Part shown: positions 7,869 through 16,399 of the stretch, piece by piece
Layout: each line of letters opens with the position of its first letter
How positions within the stretch are numbered: the first letter of the stretch is position 1
Assembly: GCA_036745415.1 (NCBI GenBank)
Contig: DAIOGF010000001.1
Location: 65,791 to 89,790 of the forward strand
Length of the DNA: 24,000 nt
Reading direction: 5' to 3'
From: Candidatus Saccharimonadota bacterium
GTDB lineage: Bacteria; Patescibacteriota; Saccharimonadia; Saccharimonadales; UBA4665
Notes under the pieces: generated by a model
What the model was told of the DNA's origin: nothing
Database searches by the model: none
What the model saw: the letters and a program-made list of their open reading frames with translations, nothing else
Position numbers and translations under genes: made by a program

Positions 7869-8614
7869 ATCATTTCGTTGAATTGTTGATACTTCAAACT
7901 TGCACTACCCACTAAAGCACCATCGCATCCAGGTACTGCTAGATATGCAGATATATTGCTAGGATCAACACTGCCTCCATATATTACCCGAATACTGTTG
8001 GATATTTTTTCACCAAAAAGATAGGCTGTCTCTTTTCTAATGTAATCTATCATCTCCTTAACATCGTCAGGCATCGCTTGTTTGTTCCCAAATGTAGATA
8101 TTGCCCAGACTGGCTCATAGGCTATAACCATTTCAGTAACCTCATTTTCAGTTAGCTCTGAGAGTGCAGACGAAATTTGCTCATTAATCACTCGCTTAGC
8201 ATGGCCATCCTGTCTCTCTGTGAGATTCTCACCTACGCATAAAATGGGTTTAATTTTATTTCTGAACGCTGCCTTTATTTTTTTAGATATAATTTTATCG
8301 TCTTCATGGAAATAAATTCTTCGCTCACTGTGACCAACAATAACGTACTGGGCAATCCCTCTAAGCATTGTAAAACTAACTTCACCAGTAAATGCACCCT
8401 CATCTTCATAATAGGCATTTTGTGCGGCTAGCTTAATTTTTCTTAAATCTAATTCCTTGCTAAGGGGCTGCAATGCAACAAATGTAGGGGCAACGACAAC
8501 TTCTATGTCTCTATGAGACGTCATAGTTGTAGATAGATTATGGATGTATTTGCTAGCTTCTTGCACATTAAAGTGCATCTTAAGATTTGCTGCTATGAAT
8601 TTTCTTCTACTCAT
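7841..8614 (-). CDS. tpiA: Triosephosphate isomerase
   Basis: 257 aa. Signatures present: AANLKMH (catalytic Lys), VIVGHSERR (catalytic His), AYEPVWAI (catalytic Glu), YGGSV, DGALVGSASL. Confidence 0.9.
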   Translation of the reverse strand: MSRRKFIAANLKMHFNVQEASKYIHNLSTTMTSHRDIEVVVAPTFVALQPLSKELDLRKIKLAAQNAYYEDEGAFTGEVSFTMLRGIAQYVIVGHSERRIYFHEDDKIISKKIKAAFRNKIKPILCVGENLTERQDGHAKRVINEQISSALSELTENEVTEMVIAYEPVWAISTFGNKQAMPDDVKEMIDYIRKETAYLFGEKISNSIRVIYGGSVDPSNISAYLAVPGCDGALVGSASLKYQQFNEMIQACFSINP

Positions 8615-8636
8615 TAGGCTAATTTTAACATAAGCA

Positions 8637-9917
8637 TTATTTATCTAATAAAGACTCAACTCCAGGTAATTTATGCCCTCCAATAAGTTCTAGAGCCGCG
8701 CCACCGCCTGTAGATAGATGGTTAACCACTTTATCCATTACTTTAGATTGAACGAATCCTGCGGTATCTCCACCGCCAATTAATGAATATGGCTTATTGC
8801 CAAATTCACCGCACATAGCCTGAAGCACTAATTCACTACCATGAGAATATGGTCCTGTTGAAGTAATTAAACTTCTGATTTCAGTTACGCCTAATGTACC
8901 ATTCCAAATTACCGTACTCATTGATTGCATCACTCCTGCTATATATGCACCGCTAAATGGCCCTATATCGGCTATCTTCTCACTAGCAAGAATTCTATAG
9001 CTAGACTTAGCAGGTCTCTTAGGATAACTTTCTATTTCGCTAATTGAATATGCTGACCAATCCACTATTCTAATGTTCGAACTTGGATCTATTTTCTTAG
9101 TGACTACGACATCAAAAGGTAACTGAAGCTTAAATTTTCTTTTCTTAGATTCTAATTCCGCTAAATGTAAAATCTTTCTAGCTAGAGGTAGCTCATTCTC
9201 CTCATACATACTAGAACCTATTTCTATTCCAGTCGCCTTTAGAAAAGTGTTCGCCATAGCACCACCGAGCATAATGAAATCTGCGGAACTAATAAATCTC
9301 TCAATAATATCTATTTTATCTGCGATCTTAGCTCCCCCAATTATTACCATAAGTGGCTTTTCTGGTTTTGATGCAACATTAGTTATCGTATCCACTTCTC
9401 TTTCTAGAAGAAGACCGGATACACTGGGTAGATATTTAGTAATTGCAGAAGTAGAAGCATTGAATCTATGCACAACACCAAAAGCATCTTGTACGAAAAC
9501 TTCAGCTAATTCACTTAAAGATTTTGCAAACTCTTTACTGTCCTTCTCTTCGCCTTCATAAAATCTTAAGTTTTCTAATAAAATTATTTGTCCATTCTTA
9601 AGACTCTTAACCTGTTCTAGAGTTTTTTCTCCAATAGCATTTGGAGCGAATGCAATTGCTTTGCCTAAAAGCTTGGCTAATCTCAAAACTATAGGCTGCA
9701 AAGACAAACTTGGATCAATTCCTTTTGGCCTACCGAGATGAGAACAAATTACTATTTTGCAGTTTTGATCCAATAAGTACTTTATTGTTTCTAAAGATTG
9801 CTTAATCCTATAATCATCAAGGATTATCCCATTTTTTAAAGGCACATTATAGTCGACCCTAAGTAACACTGTCTTATTTCTAAGATTAATATCTCTAACT
9901 GTTTTCTTTGTAAACAT
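8637..9917 (-). CDS. pgk: Phosphoglycerate kinase
   Basis: 426 aa. Signatures present: LLRVDYNVPL, CSHLGRPKG, LLENLRFYEGEEKD, GGAKIADKI, WNGTLGV, GGGDTA, STGGGAALE. The start overlaps the pyk stop (TAATG on the minus strand at 9915-9919). Confidence 0.95.
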   Translation of the reverse strand: MFTKKTVRDINLRNKTVLLRVDYNVPLKNGIILDDYRIKQSLETIKYLLDQNCKIVICSHLGRPKGIDPSLSLQPIVLRLAKLLGKAIAFAPNAIGEKTLEQVKSLKNGQIILLENLRFYEGEEKDSKEFAKSLSELAEVFVQDAFGVVHRFNASTSAITKYLPSVSGLLLEREVDTITNVASKPEKPLMVIIGGAKIADKIDIIERFISSADFIMLGGAMANTFLKATGIEIGSSMYEENELPLARKILHLAELESKKRKFKLQLPFDVVVTKKIDPSSNIRIVDWSAYSISEIESYPKRPAKSSYRILASEKIADIGPFSGAYIAGVMQSMSTVIWNGTLGVTEIRSLITSTGPYSHGSELVLQAMCGEFGNKPYSLIGGGDTAGFVQSKVMDKVVNHLSTGGGAALELIGGHKLPGVESLLDK

Positions 9918-11347
9918 TATTCAATTACCCTCACTTTTATTGTATCCGTCGATCCCACTACTCCAGGATATTTACCCGATGCGCTCACAACCATATCGCC
10001 AGTACTTAATACTTTATTTTTAGCCAACCAATTCGTAAGCTTTGTAGCGGCAAATCTGTCGATTGGTCTAACGTAACTCTTAAGCATATACACAATAGAT
10101 AATTGCTGGGCTATTTTTCTATCTGAAGTTACGGCAATTATTGGAATCTTGGATCTTCTTGAAGCTATTAGTCTAGCCGTTGCGCCTGATTTAGTCTCAG
10201 CTACAATAGCTTTTGCTTGAATTGAATTAGCTAATTTAACGATTGCAGAAGATATAGCTAATTGCTTTGTATCTTTTATGTATTTTTGTTCCAAATTTTG
10301 TTCCATATTCTTTTCTGTATACGAAATAACTCTTCTCATAAATTTAACAGCCTCAATTGGATAACTTCCAACAGCTGTTTCATCACTTAACATTAAACAA
10401 TCTGCGCCCAATGTGACTCCGGAAGCAATATCACTAACCTCTGCCCTAGTCGGCTCAGAACTAGTAGTCATGCTGTATAGCATTTGCGTAGCAACAATAA
10501 CTGGCTTCGATTGATTAATGCATTTATCTATAATTTGGCGCTGATAAATAGGAACAGCCTCGGGCATAACCTCATAAGCTAAATCTCCTCTTGCGACCAT
10601 TATTGCATCAGCTTCAGATATTATGTCGTCTATATTATCTATGGCTCTTTGAGTTTCTATCTTAGCTATTATATTAGTGCGCATATTAAGACTATCTAAA
10701 ATCTTGTGCAGTTCTCTGATATCTTTATCGGACTGAATAAAACTCTGAGCCACATAATCTACATCTAGCGTGGAAGCAAAAACTAAATCGGCTCTATCTT
10801 TAGAAGTTATTACATCCCCGCCAAAATCTGTATCAGGTAAATTTATACCTTTACGCTTAATTAAGGATGCTGAATTTTCTGCTCTTAAATATACTATTCC
10901 TTCACTCACGCTAGTAACCACGGCTTGAAGTTTTCCATCAAAGAATATAGCTCTATGTCCTCTCTTCACTTTAGTGCTTAGATCGTACTGGGTAGGTATA
11001 ACACCGTTTTGGTTATAGTCGGCATTGTATCCAAGCTTGAAGCTCTTCCCTTTAGTTATCTCAATAACACCTTCGAAATCTCCTAATCTAATTTTAGGAC
11101 CCTGAAGATCTATAATGATAGAGACTGGTTTTGCGAGATCGTTTGATGCCTCTCTAATCCATTTGATTTGATCTAATCTTTCCTGATTAGTTCCATGAGA
11201 GAAGTTAATTCTAATTCCATTGGCTCCGGCATCTAAAAGTTTATATATCTGATTAATATTATTGGTTGATGGACCAACTGTAGCAATGATTTTAGTTCTT
11301 CTAAAATTCTTTAGTGAAAATTTTGAATCAGTTTTTTTAACTTCCAA
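9917..11347 (-). CDS. pyk: Pyruvate kinase
   Basis: 476 aa. Signatures present: RRTKIIATVGPST, IRINFSHG, DLQGPKIRLG, IIAKIETQRAI, IMVARGDLAYE, VIVATQMLYSM, PTRAEVSDIA, LMLSDETAVGSYP. Confidence 0.95.
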   Translation of the reverse strand: MEVKKTDSKFSLKNFRRTKIIATVGPSTNNINQIYKLLDAGANGIRINFSHGTNQERLDQIKWIREASNDLAKPVSIIIDLQGPKIRLGDFEGVIEITKGKSFKLGYNADYNQNGVIPTQYDLSTKVKRGHRAIFFDGKLQAVVTSVSEGIVYLRAENSASLIKRKGINLPDTDFGGDVITSKDRADLVFASTLDVDYVAQSFIQSDKDIRELHKILDSLNMRTNIIAKIETQRAIDNIDDIISEADAIMVARGDLAYEVMPEAVPIYQRQIIDKCINQSKPVIVATQMLYSMTTSSEPTRAEVSDIASGVTLGADCLMLSDETAVGSYPIEAVKFMRRVISYTEKNMEQNLEQKYIKDTKQLAISSAIVKLANSIQAKAIVAETKSGATARLIASRRSKIPIIAVTSDRKIAQQLSIVYMLKSYVRPIDRFAATKLTNWLAKNKVLSTGDMVVSASGKYPGVVGSTDTIKVRVIE

Positions 11348-11374
11348 GTATGCCCATCCTTTTAATATATTTTA

Positions 11375-12256
11375 CTACTTTTTTGCGATATCTGGTGAAA
11401 TTATCATCTTATTATTTATCTTCTGATAGATATAATAAAGACCGATAAAGCATAAATATATTATATATATAGATCTATCCACTAAACTAGCCAAAACAAC
11501 TTGATTAGTATTAAGATTGGTTAACTTCTCAGAGAATATTAAGAAGGCCTCCCTAATACCTATTCCCGCAGGTGTTAGTGAAACAAATAAGGATAATGCA
11601 GCCACTGCAGTATAACTCAGAACTTCCCTAATCTTTACACCATGTTTAATGAAATGGATTTCAATGAAATATATTATTGCCGCTAGGAATAACTGTAGTA
11701 CTGTATTAGATATTAGATTAATAAGAATCTTTCCTGATACAAATAATCTTTTGCCCGTAATGTTATGAAGGTATCTTAAAGTTAATAGGTAACCTGAAAT
11801 CAATATTAATACTGTTGATAAAACCGCGGGAAGCACTGGGAATATACCAAACATCAATAGACAAACAGCAACAGCTCCATAAACCGCATAATAAACTATG
11901 GTAGAAATTGTGTAATCTAAAACTTTAAGATTATGTTTTTCTTTAAGATAATATCCTCTATAAACAGGACCGGCTTGGCCCGGCATGAAGAAATTTAAAA
12001 CAAGTGAATTGCTATTTAAAATTAAACTGGTTTTAAAGGTCAGTTTAATTTTATTTAAATGCAGTACAGATATAAAAACTCTAGATATAGCAATGAGCTG
12101 CAGGAAATTAAGAAGAAGAATTACTATAAATATATAAATTGGTATTTTACTAAATTCACTAAATAAATTAGTGTGATTTTTTAAATAGAATACTGCAAAA
12201 ATAGCTAAAATTAGTAGAGTGGCAATATTAAGATATTTTTTTTGTTTGGCATTCAT
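11375..12256 (-). CDS. Flippase-like / lysylphosphatidylglycerol-synthase-TM-region (UPF0104) family polytopic membrane protein
   Basis: 293 aa with about 8 TM helices. It carries the conserved LTPAGIGIREA motif (PxGxGxxE) typical of UPF0104 proteins. It lies immediately downstream of a GT2 gene, a common pairing. Confidence 0.6.
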   Translation of the reverse strand: MNAKQKKYLNIATLLILAIFAVFYLKNHTNLFSEFSKIPIYIFIVILLLNFLQLIAISRVFISVLHLNKIKLTFKTSLILNSNSLVLNFFMPGQAGPVYRGYYLKEKHNLKVLDYTISTIVYYAVYGAVAVCLLMFGIFPVLPAVLSTVLILISGYLLTLRYLHNITGKRLFVSGKILINLISNTVLQLFLAAIIYFIEIHFIKHGVKIREVLSYTAVAALSLFVSLTPAGIGIREAFLIFSEKLTNLNTNQVVLASLVDRSIYIIYLCFIGLYYIYQKINNKMIISPDIAKK

Positions 12257-12279
12257 TCATATCTATTATATATGAATTA

Positions 12280-13248
12280 TTAATAATACTTTTGTCTTCT
12301 AATCTCTTCTAGGATATCTTCTTGCATAGCCCTATTGATACGAATTAGATTGGCTATGATAGCTAAAGTAAAAGATATGAAGGCCGCATTAAGTAGAACC
12401 GTTCCAGTAATAAGTGATTGTATATGGTGAGATCCATATAGGTTTTTACTATGGGTCAGTACCAAATATCCATAGTGAATAAAAGGTAAGAGTCCCCCAA
12501 GGAAAAATACTGATCCAATCGTCAAAAATACAGCATAAGACTTATACATCGTGAATGCATTGAATAGAGCTATCATAGATTTTCTTACGTGCTCAAATGA
12601 AGACTTAAATAGTCTAGACTCTCTAGTTTTAGGATTAGTATTAATCTTAATAGTTGCTATAGCTAGACGTTTATAACTTGCCTGAACAGTTGCCTCCATT
12701 GCAAAATTAAATCTACCAACTAAATTAAGTTTAATAGCTGCTTCTTTAGAATATGCTCTAAATCCACTGGTTGCATCTGGAATATTTGTTCCGGCAACTA
12801 AATTTAGAACTTTTGTTCCAAACTTTTGTAGGAATATTTTAGTCCTAGTGAAATGTTGAATCTTATGAGTTTGCCTATCAGCAATAACAATATCTGCTTT
12901 CTTATCTATGATAGGCTTAATTAATGCAGGTATTTTTTGTTGGGGATATTGATTATCTCCGTCAGTTAAAACCATTATATCCGCTCCAAGCTCTAATGAT
13001 CTTCTAATAGCATCTCTAAGTGATAGAGCTAAGCCTCTAGTTTTAGCATGATGAACAAAATGTTTTACTCCATTTTTCTTGGCAACGGCAACTGTTTTGT
13101 CCGTACAGCCATCATCTATAACTAGTATTTCTATCTTACTAATTCCCTTAATTTGTTTAGGAATTGTAGATAAAGTTAATGGCAGGGTCTTTTCCTCGTT
13201 TAAACAAGGAATCATTATTACTAGTTTTAAGCCTTTATTTCTTGCCAT
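12280..13248 (-). CDS. Family 2 glycosyltransferase with C-terminal TM helices (polyprenyl-phosphate sugar synthase-like, DPM1/GtrB/ArnC type)
   Basis: 322 aa. VIMIPCLNEEKTL, ILVIDDGCTDKT and VLTDGDNQYP (DxD-type) form the GT-A fold signature. There are two C-terminal TM helices (YAVFLTIGSVFFLGGLL, GTVLLNAAFISFTLAIIANL). Confidence 0.85.
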   Translation of the reverse strand: MARNKGLKLVIMIPCLNEEKTLPLTLSTIPKQIKGISKIEILVIDDGCTDKTVAVAKKNGVKHFVHHAKTRGLALSLRDAIRRSLELGADIMVLTDGDNQYPQQKIPALIKPIIDKKADIVIADRQTHKIQHFTRTKIFLQKFGTKVLNLVAGTNIPDATSGFRAYSKEAAIKLNLVGRFNFAMEATVQASYKRLAIATIKINTNPKTRESRLFKSSFEHVRKSMIALFNAFTMYKSYAVFLTIGSVFFLGGLLPFIHYGYLVLTHSKNLYGSHHIQSLITGTVLLNAAFISFTLAIIANLIRINRAMQEDILEEIRRQKYY

Positions 13249-13330
13249 AATTATTATCTAATTATACATTCTACAGGTTAATAGTAAAGTTTAGCTGAAA
13301 TATATTTATTTGATATTACATAAGCATTAT

Positions 13331-13338
13331 TGTATAAT
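13331..13338 (+). promoter_or_regulatory. Candidate extended -10 element (TGTATAAT) placed to give a leaderless or near-leaderless mRNA for the downstream gene
   Basis: TGTATAAT lies at 13331-13338 and the first ATG is at 13345, 7 nt after the hexamer. There is no Shine-Dalgarno sequence between them. TATAAT-like strings are frequent by chance in DNA this AT-rich. Confidence 0.3.
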
Positions 13339-13344
13339 ATAATC

Positions 13345-13971
13345 ATGAACATGCTGAGAAAGTTTGATAATTCAGAGAAAACAAGTGAAATATTAAACAC
13401 ACCTAACGCCTTAACTGCGGTTAGATTATTCGGTGGACCTGCCCTAGGAATATTAATGGGAATGAAGGAAATAAGCCCTATTAATGCTCTTGCCTTAATC
13501 GCCATCTTAGGTGCTACTGATGCCGAAGGTAACTTAATTAGACTCAGTGAAAGATTCCCTAAAATACAAAATAAATTAAGGATTCATGCTTCAGAATTAG
13601 GAACAAAATTGGACCCAATTGCAGATAAAGCTTTGGTTGTATCAACTTTAATAGGTGGCGCTATCGGTGGAGATATTTCACCTGCCGTAGCAATAGGAAT
13701 AGGAACTACCGAAGCACTAACAAGTGGGGTTACAATTGCCGCTGAAGCTAAAGGAAGCAATCCAAGTGTAAGCAATATCGGTAAACTTGGAATGATAGGT
13801 AGAGTTATGACTATAGGCAGTAATTTAATAGGTAGCTCAATTCCACCAGAAGCTCATCCCTTGGGGCATGAAATAGCCAATAGTACAACTAGTTTTGGTC
13901 TTGCCGTTACTGTAGCATTAGGATCATATAGTTGCTACAAATTAGTTAAAGAAAATCTTATTAAAAACTAG
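13345..13971 (+). CDS. Divergent CDP-alcohol phosphatidyltransferase-like membrane protein
   Basis: NALTAVRLFGGPALG is a typical N-terminal helix for the family, and GTKLDPIADK matches G-x3-D-x3-D. The first half of the motif is altered (TDAEGNLIR instead of DxxDGxxAR), and about 11 extra residues separate the two halves. The track ORF starts at TTG 13330. I prefer ATG 13345 (or 13351), because 13331-13338 looks like a -10 box. Confidence 0.5.
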   Translation: MNMLRKFDNSEKTSEILNTPNALTAVRLFGGPALGILMGMKEISPINALALIAILGATDAEGNLIRLSERFPKIQNKLRIHASELGTKLDPIADKALVVSTLIGGAIGGDISPAVAIGIGTTEALTSGVTIAAEAKGSNPSVSNIGKLGMIGRVMTIGSNLIGSSIPPEAHPLGHEIANSTTSFGLAVTVALGSYSCYKLVKENLIKN

Positions 13972-14417
13972 ATTTTCTTTTTAAGATTTTCTATTTCTAA
14001 TTCTAATTTTTTAATCATTTCAATTTGTTCTTCTGCCGTGTTAGCCAAATAAGTTAATGTTTTATGGTCGGCATCTGCCTTAGCGTCCTGTTGACCTTGA
14101 ATAACATTTTGACCAACCATAATGACTGGAAGAAGTACTAACTGTAGAAAATTTTGCGATATCCATGCAATAAGAGTAATCATCGAACTTGCTATTATCC
14201 AAGATGGAAAAAGATGCTTTAAGCTTCCGTTAATACTTACCAATATTGCTGGTAGTGAGACTATAGACAATATGGCGAATAAATAGGCGCTCCACATAGT
14301 TCCAATTGCTTTAGTTATCCTAACTGCAAGAATCTTATTAAACCTATTAAAGACATTGACTTCTTTTAACAGAGTATTTGGATGATATACGTTTGCATTC
14401 GGCTTAAGTCTATCCAT
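13968..14417 (-). CDS. Small membrane protein, DUF1003-like (two TM helices followed by a coiled-coil tail)
   Basis: 149 aa. AIGTMWSAYLFAILSIV ... LLPVIMVGQNVIQGQQDAKADADHK resembles the DUF1003 pattern (GSWxF ... IMMSQNRQ ... D). It overlaps the tatC stop by 8 nt, so it is the last gene of the tat operon. Confidence 0.4.
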   Translation of the reverse strand: MDRLKPNANVYHPNTLLKEVNVFNRFNKILAVRITKAIGTMWSAYLFAILSIVSLPAILVSINGSLKHLFPSWIIASSMITLIAWISQNFLQLVLLPVIMVGQNVIQGQQDAKADADHKTLTYLANTAEEQIEMIKKLELEIENLKKKI

Positions 14418-15414
14418 AAACTACTTGAATTTTCTTTGGCTCGTTTTCTTTCTTAGCTGGCTTAGTCACTTTACTGAAGCCATCTATATGCTTAACTTTT
14501 CGAGGCTTTTCTATGACGCTAGGTTGGATGTTCGCAGTGCTGGCTTTAACTGAGCTGTGGTGAATTTGCGACGGCTTATATACTCCAAACAATTTAGGAT
14601 TAACGTAATTAGAATATTTAATTTCTTCAACATCATCGAAATTTATTTCGTAATCTTCACGGATATTCATATTTATATTTCCAAATGAATCATAAGTAAC
14701 GTATCTTCTAACAGTCTTTTTGTTTTTGATAAATAACATTGCTATTGATATGTAATAAAGAACAATGATAGGAATAGCTACTATGAACTGTGAAATAGGA
14801 TCGTAGGTAAATGGAAGAATTACTGCAATTATTAAAGCGCCAACTACAACCTGCTTTTGATATTTTAATAACTTAGTAGGATTTATAGGCTTAATCTGGT
14901 CAATAAAGTCTATAAGTAGTGGCATTTGGAAGAAAACAGCAAAGCTACAAATAATATTTATAACGTAATTAATATAATCATTAGCAGATATTAGGGGTTT
15001 TATTGAGCTATTAGAATATCCCGAGAAAAAGTGCAGTGAAGTAGGTATGATCACATAAAAACCAAAAGCTGCGCCCACTAAGGCCAAAAGAACAGAGTAG
15101 AATGTTATTTTTAATAATCTAGATGTATTAACTCTCTGATAAACTGCAGGCTCAATAAATCTAATAATGTTATATACAAGAACTGGGAGAGCTATGAAAA
15201 CACCCATAATTCCAGCCACTTTCATAACAATATTAAAGCCACCACCTGGAGTATTGTAGTAAAGAGGCTGGCCTAGTGGACTGTCTAAGAATTTAATGAT
15301 TGCAACTCTAAAGAAATAGCCTAAAGTACCACTAACTGCAACAGCTAGAAATACCCAAAACGCCCTCTTCTTTAATTCGTTAAGATGGTCATGAAATGTC
15401 TGCGACCCGTCCAC
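14410..15414 (-). CDS. tatC: Twin-arginine translocase subunit TatC, with a ~100-aa hydrophilic C-terminal extension
   Basis: 334 aa with a GTG start preceded by GAGAGGGTAGG. The HLNELKKRAFWVFLAVAVSG opening and six TM helices fit the TatC layout. Residues from ~235 onward (KNKKTVRRYVTYDSF...KKENEPKKIQVVYG) are extra relative to typical ~250-aa TatC proteins. Confidence 0.85.
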   Translation of the reverse strand: MDGSQTFHDHLNELKKRAFWVFLAVAVSGTLGYFFRVAIIKFLDSPLGQPLYYNTPGGGFNIVMKVAGIMGVFIALPVLVYNIIRFIEPAVYQRVNTSRLLKITFYSVLLALVGAAFGFYVIIPTSLHFFSGYSNSSIKPLISANDYINYVINIICSFAVFFQMPLLIDFIDQIKPINPTKLLKYQKQVVVGALIIAVILPFTYDPISQFIVAIPIIVLYYISIAMLFIKNKKTVRRYVTYDSFGNINMNIREDYEINFDDVEEIKYSNYVNPKLFGVYKPSQIHHSSVKASTANIQPSVIEKPRKVKHIDGFSKVTKPAKKENEPKKIQVVYG

Positions 15415-15438
15415 TGCCTACCCTCTCATTTATTTTTT

Positions 15439-15606
15439 CTATTGATTGTCTGTTGAAGACTTTTCAGTTGAATCTTCGTTAAAACCTTTTCGAACTTCCT
15501 TTACAGAACGTCCAAGGCTTTTAGCTAATTCAGGAATTCTCTTGTGTCCAAATAGTAATAACAGTATTAGTACTATGATGGAAACTTCTTCTATTTTTCC
15601 AAACAT
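15439..15606 (-). CDS. tatA: Twin-arginine translocase subunit TatA/E (55 aa; not in the supplied ORF track)
   Basis: My translation of the minus strand from ATG 15606..15604 to TAG 15441..15439 is MFGKIEEVSIIVLILLLLFGHKRIPELAKSLGRSVKEVRKGFNEDSTEKSSTDNQ. This shows a TM helix, the hinge FG, and the amphipathic helix (P-E-L-x-x-x-L-G) typical of TatA. A GAGGGAGAG RBS lies just upstream. It sits 24 nt upstream of tatC. Confidence 0.8.
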   Translation of the reverse strand: MFGKIEEVSIIVLILLLLFGHKRIPELAKSLGRSVKEVRKGFNEDSTEKSSTDNQ

Positions 15607-15747
15607 TTTATCTCTCCCTCTCTTATTTAGTTAACCTCTAACAAAGTAAACTTTAATATTATTTTATAACTTACCACCTATAATGTAAATGCTTAAAGAC
15701 TAGTCTTCGTTGTAATATTGAAAATATAAATAGTAAAATAAACGAAT

Positions 15748-16362
15748 ATGGATATAAGTAAACTAATTCAATCCAATAAGATAATTAGCGATCAGATAGA
15801 CAAGAGATCACTAAAAGTTGTATTGGAGAATTTATCTAAGACTATAGAAAGAGATGTTCCAGGAGATATAGTCGAATTAGGTTGCTATAAAGGTACGACA
15901 AGTCTTTTTATAAGAAGAGTATTAGATTATTACAAGTCAGATAAGAAATTCTATGTTTATGACTCATTTGAAGGACTCCCCTGGAAATCTTCCGATGATC
16001 AATCTATTATTGGTGAGGTATTCAAAGAGGGTGAACTTAAAGCCAATAAAAAAGAACTCATAAATAACTTCAAAAAAGCTGGGTTTACACTACCCATAAT
16101 TCACAAAGGTTGGTTTAAAGATATTAAGCATCAAGACATGCCAAAAAACATTAGTTTTGCATTCTTGGATGGAGACTTCTTTGAATCAATCTTTGTCAGC
16201 CTAGAGCTGGTTTATCATTTTCTTTCTGATGGAGGAATTATAGTTGTAGATGATTACGACAACCCTAAGCTTCCAGGTGTAAAGAAAGCAGTAGATACAT
16301 TTTTTATAGATCTAGATGTAAATATTCAGAAAATTGCCAATGAAGCAGTAATATATTTTTAA
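15748..16362 (+). CDS. Class I SAM-dependent methyltransferase, TylF/MycF (macrocin O-methyltransferase) family
   Basis: 204 aa. GDIVELGCYKGTTS (SAM-binding loop) and FAFLDGDFFESIFVSLELVYHFLSDGGIIVVDDY (metal/SAM motif DGDxYES ... GG ... DDY) are the TylF-family hallmarks. Confidence 0.8.
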   Translation: MDISKLIQSNKIISDQIDKRSLKVVLENLSKTIERDVPGDIVELGCYKGTTSLFIRRVLDYYKSDKKFYVYDSFEGLPWKSSDDQSIIGEVFKEGELKANKKELINNFKKAGFTLPIIHKGWFKDIKHQDMPKNISFAFLDGDFFESIFVSLELVYHFLSDGGIIVVDDYDNPKLPGVKKAVDTFFIDLDVNIQKIANEAVIYF

Positions 16363-16399
16363 GAAATCTTCTTATTGCTACTTGATTATTATTTTAATC

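Noticed and set aside
9247-9561. 104-aa plus-strand ORF inside pgk; likewise 6213-6410, 13079-13261, 13278-13505, 13584-13775, 18314-18577 and 19033-19248
   Set aside because: Each lies within and antisense to a gene that has strong family signatures. None has a recognisable motif or translation signals.
15446-15634. 62-aa plus-strand ORF in the tatC-methyltransferase intergenic region
   Set aside because: The opposite strand encodes a textbook TatA (15439-15606) with a strong RBS, positioned directly upstream of tatC. The plus-strand ORF is its antisense shadow.
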